Shown here piece after piece: positions 12,888 to 22,628 of a DNA stretch of 64,000 nt. Origin of the DNA: Perna viridis (Eukaryota); contig CM074514.1 in assembly GCA_037379345.1 (NCBI GenBank), forward strand, positions 31,000,001 through 31,064,000, read 5' to 3'. Within the stretch, counting starts at the first letter, position 1, and every line of letters starts with the position of its first letter. Under the pieces are notes generated by a model. That model was not told the DNA's origin and did no database searches. It was given only the letters and a program-made list of their open reading frames with translations. A program made the position numbers and the translations under genes.

Positions 12888-12914
12888 TGACGTCATCTAA
12901 GTTTTATTACGTCA
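12888..12914. promoter_or_regulatory. Two CRE/ATF-type motifs just upstream of the orphan ORF
   Basis: TGACGTCA at 12888-12895 and TTACGTCA at 12907-12914. The ATG is at 12950. Confidence 0.35.
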
Positions 12915-12949
12915 TAAAGTAAATTTAATACTGACTCCAAATTTTGAAG

Positions 12950-13258
12950 ATGAAACGTGAAACAACAATTGCCTTATGTTTCTCTGCGTTTTGTTTTGCA
13001 ATGGGTAGCGCAGCACTATTCACGATTTCTATGTTATTATGGAGGCATACAGATATTTCATTGGACAGTATGATTGTGGCTATAATCTTAATGATAATGG
13101 CACTTGTCCAAACAATTATTTTATTTTGTTGCACCTACTTCGGTAGAGGGAATGTCTGCCAGTGTTCTGAGATAAAGATTGAAGAAGAAATATCGATGGA
13201 AAGTATTAATGTTGAGCAATTTGGCAAGCAAAATAAAAAAATCCAATGCGACCTGTAA
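12950..13258 (+). CDS. Putative small two-transmembrane protein (102 aa), no recognised family
   Basis: ATG in AAGATGA context. Two hydrophobic segments (IALCFSAFCFAMGSAALFTISMLLW; MIVAIILMIMALVQTIILFCC), then a Cys cluster and an acidic tail. The stop overlaps a GTAAGT donor consensus, so this may be a first exon. Confidence 0.5.
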   Translation: MKRETTIALCFSAFCFAMGSAALFTISMLLWRHTDISLDSMIVAIILMIMALVQTIILFCCTYFGRGNVCQCSEIKIEEEISMESINVEQFGKQNKKIQCDL

Positions 13259-13668
13259 GTACAACTTATTTGTTTTGCGTAAAAGGAGTAAATTCACTAA
13301 CTCTAGTTTCAGGCCTACTATTTTGTCGAAGTTTCAACTTACTATTTGAAATATTCTATTTGCCAGTTTTCAAGCCAAAAATAATACCTGAATACTAATA
13401 TACATGTACAAAAAATACAAGCTATTGTGTCATAATTTAGTCACACGCTCGCTCCTTCTACATAGTTTTTAAAGATATTTCACAGAAATGAGAGGATTAG
13501 GGGTAGTTTTTTAATCTAAAAACATAGACCAGCAAGCTATGAGCAACAGATTTTTTTTCAGAAGTTGTAATGGTACAGAAGGCTATTTTTGTATAAATAT
13601 CAAAGAGTTCGATAAATGCGCTTTATATTTTTTACATAAAAGTGTCTCATGAAAAAAAAGTATTTTAA

Positions 13669-15425
13669 GGGGACGGCCATTACATTCTTAAAGAGGTGGG
13701 GCTTGCAGATTTTGAAAATAAACAATCTGTCTTTGATCATGTGGGAAATAAATAATCTGGCCTCATCATATCAGAAAATAAATATTCTGACTTTGCAAAT
13801 TGCTAGAAAATAAAAACTCTGACCTTGGCTAGTGAATTGAAAATAAATATTCTGATCTTGGTGACCCGTGCAGGTCCGGGTGTCAGAAGAATAGGCCCAC
13901 AGCAGCGCTAAGCTTGTCGTAAAAGGCGACTAAATATTGCTCTGCCCACAGAGCAACTGGGTTGTGTGCACCAGGTGGTGGAATGGGGGTACCCCTGGTA
14001 TGTCACATGCTGGGGTTGTCAGGCTATAATACGGAAAACCTGACAGCAAACCATAGTGGTGCACCGTGTTGGGAAAAATGCCACGTTCATCGCACGTTAA
14101 AAAACCCTACTGTGGTATTCTCCCGGAGTAGGAACCATGGGGCTCCGCCACAGCAGGCTAAATTGCCCGACCCTACCCATCTCTCCCTATTTCCAGTGGC
14201 AATCAAAATTTGTCGACCCCATTATCCTTGTGTCCCATCACATTTTTCATTTAATCATCATTTCATGTTCATTTTATCATCCACTTCATGTTCATCGCCT
14301 GAATATAGCTGAAATGTTGCTGCTCGGGCGTTAAACCGCAACAAACAAATAACAAACAAACAAACTGATCTTGGCTAGTAAATTGAAAATAAATATTCTG
14401 ACCTGCGCAAAACATTTAAAAAATTTGGATTGCTACGCTCGCCATAGTTTCATAAATTAGAATAGTATACATGTTTAATTGAATTAAATACTCCACAAGT
14501 TTTATACAACATCCTAATAGTCTCCAGTGACAATATTAAATACCGTGGATTCCTCTTAATCATATACACGATTTGTCAGAAAAAAATAATGCAATTAACA
14601 GAAATATGATATAACATTTATCAGGAATGTTTAATTTAGTATGGTGTAATGGTCTTATTCTTTTATAAAGCCTCCTGTTCCTATATAAAACAACTCAAGG
14701 GTATTGCACCAACATAATGCAATTGCAAACAAAGAAATAATGTTATATGGCTTTTGACTAATTTTCACAACAAACATATTATATCAAACAGTTGAATTAG
14801 CTACACCTTTTAATTGAGTAATAATTGTTAAAATAGATCGTTAAGGCCAGGAAGTGTCAATTTTTATAATATTTTGGAAAACAAATTATGCAATAAACAG
14901 GAATGTCTGTTTAGGGCTAGTATACAGTTAATAGGAATTTATAACATGGAAGATATGGGAAATTATTTGGTTCTTGAAAATGTTATGCAATTAAAAGAAG
15001 TATGCAATAATCAGGTATGCAATTGAGTGGAATCCTCTGTACATAAATGACTTTACTAGAGTGAAGTGTAGTTGAATATTGCAATTGCAGATTTCATTCA
15101 TATGCATAGATATGCGAATCTGTCCTCTAAAAAGGACCTCGCAACATTTCCAGCCAAATTTGGGAGATACTTCAGACCTAGGAATGTCATCTGATACAGT
15201 TGAGACTATGTCTTGTAACATAGAGAGTGCACTTCATTTAATAATGAATATAAGAACACATACTTTGGTATAGAACCTAAACCACATATTTTGGTAACCC
15301 GTGTGTGCACATTTAACAATTTTCTTTTATAAGTATGGAGAATAAATAATCTAGCCAATGTTAATTGTTATGATGAAAATAAATAATCTGACTTCCACCA
15401 GGCTGGAATAAAATTTCTGACCTGA

Positions 15426-15464
<39 letters not shown>

Positions 15465-15495
15465 GCCCCACCCCTAAGAATCTAACGTTGTCCCC
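13669..15495. mobile_element. Non-autonomous TIR element (PIF/Harbinger-like) with subterminal ~32-bp tandem repeats
   Basis: Imperfect TIRs GGGGACGGCCATTACATTCTTA / TAAGAATCTAACGTTGTCCCC, flanked by TAA and TGA. GAAAATAAATATTCTGAC-type units at about 13710-13860, 14365-14405 and 15340-15425. Confidence 0.55.
13862..14364 (+). mobile_element. 503-bp non-autonomous retroposon (SINE-like, non-tRNA head) with a perfect 10-bp TSD
   Basis: TSD CTGATCTTGG at 13852-13861 and 14365-14374. 3' tail GCTGAAATGTTGCTGCTCGGGCGTTAAACC plus (CAAA)n. Central GCACGTTAAAAAACCC...GGAGTAGG resembles Deu/Nin/Meta SINE cores (from memory). No A/B boxes in the head. Confidence 0.85.
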
Positions 15496-16879
15496 TGACG
15501 CAATTCGGCTAATTTTTCTGATTTTGATTTATTTTCATCTACACCTTTTAGTGAAACACGCGCATTAGCAGCGATGAAACTTTATTTTTAACAATAATTA
15601 TAACTAGTTGAATTATGCAATTATCAAATTTATTTAAAACACTTTAGTTTTCGGGGCTGAATTTGATATTTTCTGAACATACTCCTTTGAATTTACCGCA
15701 ATTAAGATTATAAAGGGAGGTAACACGTTTTGCACGCGGTTGAAAGGTTAATAATAAGGATGTTCAATGTTTACTTGAAGAATGTGTTATGTTATGTGAT
15801 ATCTACAAACAAATGTCTGGTGCGATATGAATCAGGTGAGAATCTATAATAATTACGCTCCCATTTTAGTTCTGTAGAGACCTATCGATACAGGGTATAA
15901 ACATATGTCAGGTCCTTTATTTTCATCTGACACAGTACAAACCTGATCAGGTCCTCGTTAATTCAGATGCTGATGCAATTTATCTAATGTTCATGTCGAA
16001 GGTTGATGACCAAGCAACATTAAATTACACGCCAAACATTTATAAATATTAATGACTCTGAATAAATCACCCTGAATGAAGGATAATAACAACTGAATAT
16101 CTAAAATGTAGGCAGCAATCAAAAGGAAAGTTCGTATAACATTTTATGGCAATATCAGGGCAACATTGGAAAGTCGGAAGACCACCGCAATGTTCCTGAC
16201 TTGGTTTAGGCATTTCAAAATAAAAGGTGGGTTAAACCAGGTTTATAGCGCTAAACCTTCCGCTTGCATTACGGTCGATCATTTTCGGTATATTTAAACA
16301 CAAATGGGCAGCGTCAAATTGGCTTCACAACTGTACTTATTAATTTGGTGCAGTGATTCATTTAATTAACGTGCATGCAGCGCCATTTCAAAATTGATTT
16401 ATCACCATAGTTAATGTAAAAATAAATTTAAATTAAAAAAAATATATTTGAGTTTACTGTCACCCAACCGACCCATTTTTTCGACCATACCTTAGCGTTT
16501 TTAGATATTTTCAGTAAGCACTATGGAAGTGAAATCATTCCACTTTAGGCTCAGTGTAAAATTAAAAGTGCACGTTTAACCTGATGTAAGATACATGTGT
16601 ATGGTTCAGAGTGTTTTTTTCTGATGTGAACATTTTTCATGTCACGTTTGTAAGTATTAAATACAATTGACTTTATTCAATAAGGTATTGTATATTAAGA
16701 AATTCAATAAAAAGCCTTTCACAAACAATTATTAAATTAAATATAAAATACATGTTTTGATTGCCGTTCCGAAGTCGATATTTTTATTTGTCTAACTTCG
16801 TCTCAAGGTTGATTTTTATTTGGTCAGCAAATGTGTCAATTTATTCCAAAGTTAATTTTCCCGCTTAAAATTTTTAGTT

Positions 16880-17650
16880 ATGTGTCTGATTCCACGTCTG
16901 CGCAGCTCACTTCACTCAACAATGCAACGGTCACACTGTAATATTACAGGTTGTTAACTAGTCAAAGTTACAGTGTTCTTGTTTATATGTTTATGCGACA
17001 GCGTATTATGTATTTCAGGGAATAACTTGAGTAAATGGACGTACTGGAAGAAGATATACATGTGTGAAAAAGAAAGAAAAACCTTTGACTGGTTGATAGA
17101 TCCGAAACTAACAGTTGAAACAGTTTTACCTTATCTGACCCAAACGAAAAACATTCCTATAAATTTACTAGACCTGGGTACAGGATCCTCATTATTTCCC
17201 CTAGAATTAAGTCAACATTTGACGAAAAGTATGAATTTGTTCTGTTTAGATTATGTAAACGAATCTTTGGAATTTCAGAAAAAAATATTTTTCGAAAGAG
17301 CTGCTACCCAAGTTGCAGGACACAGCCCGGGAATTTACTTTTTATGTGCGGATGCTAAATACATTCCGTTTCGAGCTAACTCTTTTAGTTCGATTTACGA
17401 TAAAGGGACAACAGATTCTTTGTTGAAAGACAAACTCAAAGGGAAAGAGGAAACCAAAACAGTTTTATTAGAAGTGCTAAGAGTTTTATGTAAAAACGGA
17501 AAACTTTTACAATTTACTGATGAGGATCCAGATGCTAGAATTCCATTATTAGAAGAATGTTGCAATGTTTCGTTCAAAATTTCTATTCATTATAAAATCT
17601 TGTGTGTTGAGAATGTAGAATACTTTATGTATTGTATTAAGAAGTTGTAA
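16880..17650 (+). CDS. CSKMT: Citrate synthase-lysine N-methyltransferase, mitochondrial (METTL12-like), about 233 aa
   Basis: Main exon 17019-17650 has TFDW, SAM motif LLDLGTGSS, ADA, DKGTTD, LRVLxxxGxLLQFTDEDPDARIPLLE and YFMY, matching METTL12. Probable exon 1 at 16880-16949 (MCLIPRLRSSLHSTMQRSHCNIT, presequence-like), with a phase-1 69-nt intron and a weak donor. AATAAA at 17743. Confidence 0.85.
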
Positions 17651-17924
17651 AGTCGATCATGAATTGGTATCTTTATAAATATCGGTTTAATGCATGTTAA
17701 TTGTTCATTTTCATATTATTTCATGTACTTCTTTTAATACAAAATAAAATTGTATTTATTACATTGTTTATGTTATTTCTATCACCAACTGTCAAAACAC
17801 CCTCATGACTGACCTAAATAATAAAATACTAGTAATTTTTTTTTGCAATATCTGTCGTGGCCGGCAGATCGATAGAAACCGAACAAGTCCTAGTAGGGAG
17901 ATTGGCTAAATCAAGTACATATTT

Positions 17925-18140
17925 ATTCAAGGGAACCAAGATTCGAGCGGAAACCGAAGAATATTTTCCAAGGATAAAAACCAGACAGGGAAAACAGACA
18001 CACACAACAAAAAAAAACATGAAATAATAACCAAAATAACACGTATAAAGAAACGAAAGTATTTGAGCAACCCGTATTCCACCGACACCTGAGAACACGG
18101 ACCAGGTAAACCGGTAGGGTTAGCGTCCTCTGTTTCTCTA
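17925..18140 (-). repeat. PLE-associated 3' tail repeat (other copies at about 27390-27625 +, 33560-33955 -, 57360-57610 -, 59720-59826 +)
   Basis: Shared AATCAAGGGAACCAAGATTC...ACAGACACACACAACAAA...GAGCAACTCGGACTCCACTAAAAAC...GCGTCCTCTG. Directly abuts RT remnants at 33956 and 57612. Confidence 0.7.
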
Positions 18141-18689
18141 GAAAGCCGAAATATATAAATAAAGACATTGGTGACCTTTCGACTTTTTTGGTGAATTTCA
18201 TTAACAAACTGATAGCTTTCAGTCTCATTAATGATAAAACCACGAATAAGAGATTATTTAAAGTTGGGAAAGTACTGTCAAAACTGTGATAGGAGCCATA
18301 TGTATAAAGCAACAGTCTGTTTAAAAAAAAACTATGATTAAAATATCTCTCTGCAGTACATCTATTTAAAATTAACCTGTATATAAATACACCTGTCTTA
18401 TGTGTCCATGATTTTGCTCTCCTTTCGAAGGTCATTTAAGAGGTTTGATTGCAATGGAATAAGTCAAAACCGTGATGTTGAAATTTCTTTATAAAATACA
18501 TGTTCGTCATTTTGTTCACTACATACATGTAAATACAGACGATTTTTCACTTTTTATTGCCCTTTTTATTACCTTGGTTGGTTCTCAAATTACTATTGGA
18601 TATGTTTGTTAAATTTACATTAAATTGGTTGTTATAAGTCCTATTGCATAATTGCATGCATTTAAGGACGAGAACGTGTGACTCTGCAT

Positions 18690-18850
18690 GTTGTGTGCTA
18701 TGTGCTAGTTCACTGAAGCAACAGCACATAGATATGTCGTTCCGCTCGGTCGGGCACATTATTCTGACTATGAGTCAACAAGTCGTCACAATCTACATGT
18801 ATCTCCGAGCATGCCGCGTGCTTTGCGGAGGAGCAGTGACCACTATGTAT
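18690..18850 (-). mobile_element. Degenerate V-SINE/RUDI-like SINE body
   Basis: Minus strand CTCCGCAAAGCACGCGGCAT...GTCAGAATAATGTGCCCGACCGAGCG...TTCAGTGAACTAGCAC resembles bivalve V-SINE bodies (recalled, not searched). Confidence 0.4.
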
Positions 18851-19137
18851 TCGTCTTTGGAATAACTAGCCTCAGCACTTACACAAAAATTTAACACTTT
18901 TCTTGTCATTCACACAAAAAGTTGACACCAAATGACGATTTATCACCCCTGATGATTTGTAGGTAAACTAGTAGTTTAGTAGTCCGAGAATTCGTAGAAC
19001 TCTTAATGAGTTCGTATGAAAGAGTTTTGGATACCTTATAGGCAAGCAAGTCCATAAAATGTATGTAACTTTAAAGATTTGTGTTTAATGTTTGACAGAA
19101 TTGTTATAGTTACTCTTTTAAAGCTCGGAAAGAATGA

Positions 19138-19197
19138 TGTTTTGTTTGTTGGGGTTTAACGTCCGAGCAGCAATATTTCAGCTATATTCAGACGATT
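19138..19197 (-). mobile_element. 5'-truncated copy (tail only) of the 13862-14364 retroposon family
   Basis: Reverse complement ATCGTCTGAATATAGCTGAAATATTGCTGCTCGGACGTTAAACCCCAACAAACAAA matches 14294-14350. Confidence 0.85.
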
Positions 19198-19660
19198 GGA
19201 AAGAATGAACAAGTTATGTTATATATGATTCTTGATACATACAAGTTGTTGCTGAGATAGTACGGTGGAATCCTATGTTTCACTGCTGTCCGTATGTACG
19301 TTGGTTGAAGGTCTATTCAAATAGTTCACTAAGCCAAAACTTCAACAACAACCGCACTTTTATGGCTATTATGAATTGGAAATTTGGTATAACTTCAGAT
19401 TGTCACACTTTATATTTATCATCTTTGTATAAACATGTTCAACGTTTTTGGCCAATAAAAATATAGAATGTGAAACTATAACAAGAATTAGAACAGTCGA
19501 AATATTGATATAAATTGTCTACTACATATACATCGCCTTGGTCTTGCTGTCAAGCCAGAGCAATGAGTGTGAATAGATTGATAATATAAGTCATGTAGTA
19601 CATCTTGATCGTGAATGGAGGACGATAAGGATCGTGAACCTCTAATTAGAAGTTTTTCAG

Positions 19661-19691
<31 letters not shown>

Positions 19692-20093
19692 TTAAACAAT
19701 TACAACAAAACTGCATTTTTACAAACAAAGCAAGGATGTCTGTCACCATTACAATTTAGTGTGCAACTACAAAAGATACATTGTCTTTTGTTTCATTTAA
19801 CTTAAGCATATTTTAATGTCAAAACAGCAGCGGTGATTGGATCAAGCACAAGTAATCCAAACGAATGCCACGATAACCAGCATACACGCATAGAACCTCC
19901 AAATGAACATATACGATGTATTCCCAAGCAGTACATTATTCAGATTATAGCACGGGTGACTTCAAAGGAAATGTGACCGCATAATATGCTAAAAAGGGAA
20001 GTAAAACTCGCCCCTAAACTGCAGAGAGTACTATATGTATGTTCTCCGGGAACATTATTCATAGGTAAGCGAGGGCTTGTTTTAAAGTAGAAA

Positions 20094-20661
20094 GTTCGGT
20101 AAGGACACCCTTTGACCTCATAATTTGGGCATTTTGAAAAGTTGATTAAAGCTGATTTCCAGGTAGTAGTAATATATTAAAATGGTCACAAACACTGAAT
20201 ATATGTTTTTGACTATATATATGACGTTATCCCGGAAAAAAAGACGGGATGCATTTATGTAACTTTTACAAAAACCTAAAATTTTTAACATTTCTGCAAT
20301 TTTTAAGATTGCTTTTGGTGGAACGGAAGTTACCACACGTAATTATTATGTTCACTCAAGATAGTTTTTCATGAGTTGTAACTGACAATAATACACAAAT
20401 ATATGAAGCATGAGAATGAAAACGTATGTGGCCATTTGTTAAAAGAGTAAAAAACCGCACGAAATCTGGTGATTTCCAGCCTTTTGTTTTTTTACAAATT
20501 TTTAGAGCCAAATTTGAAGGGCATATATGACTGTACATGTTCACATTAATACCATAAACCAAGCAAATCAACTATAAAACACATTAAACAGTTGGAGAAA
20601 CATCGTACAATTTTCTTCATGTAGACTTTGCTTTTGTGGCCGAATCTCGCCCTTACCGAAC
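20094..20661. mobile_element. MITE-like element, about 570 bp
   Basis: Terminal inverted repeat GTTCGGTAAGG / CCTTACCGAAC, with weaker similarity extending to about 25 bp. Confidence 0.5.
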
Positions 20662-21787
20662 CAACTTCTTTACAAAAAAGTAAAATAAAAAATATTTATA
20701 ATATATTATTAACGCAATGTAGAACTGCGGGGAAACAAGCGATAGAGGTTAAAACGAAAAACACAATTATAAGTTAAATGTTATATTGAATATAATAGAC
20801 TGCAAAGGTTCCAAAACATACTACAATGCGGTATCCACAAAATGTCATTATTAGGATTTCCGAACTGTCCCTTATTACAATTTGCACACAAAACTGTGTT
20901 TTGACAGATATGCAACCATGTCAACTTAATAATAAAATACAGAGAATTATATACATGTTCAAATATTAACAAACATTGATAGGAAAAGGGGGTTAACTGA
21001 TCTAAAATTTCACATTAACCCATTAATTCATAATTGATACAAATGGGCATTATGTAAAAATTACTGACTCCTTTTTTATATACACAAAATGGAATGTATT
21101 AAAATGAAATCTACTTGTACAAACAAAATACAAGCCGCCGAAAAAGTTAATTTTGTCCTTTAAATACAGTGCGACATTATGATATCGAAGTACTTTTCGA
21201 AAACAGAAAAGCTACTAAGTAAACGTATTACATGGACTAAAAGTCTTTCTTAGTTTTTACATGTTCTAGGTATGTATGATGTCATAGTCGGGAATTAATC
21301 CATTATCCGTTAAATAATAGAACTAATTAGCAAATGAATTAATAATCCCGTTATGTCCATGTGATATCTCACGTGTTACTATTAATCATGTTGATTTAAA
21401 CATATGGTCATTTCACCGTAAAATGTTTTAATTTCTTTTCTTTTTTCTTATCTGTTGTTTTATGCTAGCGGCTATTTTTTCAGTTTAAATCACAAATCAA
21501 TTTTCTTTTATTTGACTTAAAAGTGAGTTTGAATAATTACGTCAAATTTCATGCCTGATTACATTGTAATTTAATGCGATGACTATAGACTTTCAAGTGT
21601 AAAAGATACTTTTGAAATATACCAGAACCTCGGAAGCGAGACCAAGAATTGTGCGAATAATTAGTATTGTGCTTTCCTGGTCAACTGGTACCAAAAATAT
21701 GTTTCGTACTGTGCTTTGCTAGCCAAGAGAGAAATGAGAAAAAAATAATTTCAAAGAATTTTTTTTCTCCGAAATAATATAAAAAAG

Positions 21788-22596
21788 ATGGATTCAAGCA
21801 GTCGATATTTTAAAATACGGATATCTTTTTGTATCATTTCTGTAATTGGATTAGTGCTGAACCTGGCTGCATTCGCTACGGTGAAATGGACAATACATGA
21901 TAACAGAGATGAAGGGCTTTGGCAAATTAGTTACGTGCATGATTGGCAAGAACAGTTTTCGTTATGGCCAGACCATTTAAAAACGGGTAAGTTTGAACTT
22001 AACCATGGTGGACAAGAAAAATTTTAGTTTTGGTCAGACCACTTGAAAACGGGTAAGTCTCAACTTAACCATAATGGGCAAGAACAGTTTTCATTGTGGC
22101 CAAACCACTTAAAAAACACAGATAAGTCTGAACTTAACCATGATGGGCAAGAACGATTTTCGTAGTGACCAGGTCACTTAAAATATGTAATTCTGAACCA
22201 AACCTAGCGTATCCTTAAATTAAGGAGACAAAAGGCCTATATATACTAAAATTTTGTGCATAAATATTATTTATCCCAATACAAATCCGATTTGTACAGC
22301 TACAGATCTTTTGCAGTTTCATTGTATGGGTCAAATTCAAGATCGACTTTCCATTTTTAGTTATGATCATTTTTGTCTTAAGCTAAAAAAATATTGAAAA
22401 AAATCTAGGCCTAAAGGCAGCAATATCTAGTAAATCACCAACAGTTGCCTCTTAGAATTCGGCATTGTAGTTCAGTTTAGAAAGTCGTGAAACTGTATGT
22501 TAGTGAATTGGTTTGATATATAACCACCAATTATCCAGCAAAGTATGATTCACGTGCTTTTTGAACACAAAATTTGAAAAAAAAATAACAAAAAGA

Positions 22597-22628
<32 letters not shown>

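Noticed and set aside
13962-14334. 116-aa and 65-aa ORFs
   Set aside because: They lie inside the GC-rich retroposon, have no protein motifs, and one has a CTG start.
15427-15462. Long poly(A) run (and poly(T) at about 19660-19686) as retrocopy tails
   Set aside because: No adjacent processed-gene body or TSD found. The first lies inside a TIR element end.
13254-17019. Splicing of the orphan ORF onto the CSKMT exon
   Set aside because: The phase-2 donor against a phase-1 acceptor gives CTG GAA TAA, an immediate stop.
17517-17545. CTGATGAG hammerhead-like box (also CTGAAGAAG at 55788 and CTGATGAA at 57368)
   Set aside because: No stem II plus GAAA geometry. The first is coding sequence (TDED).
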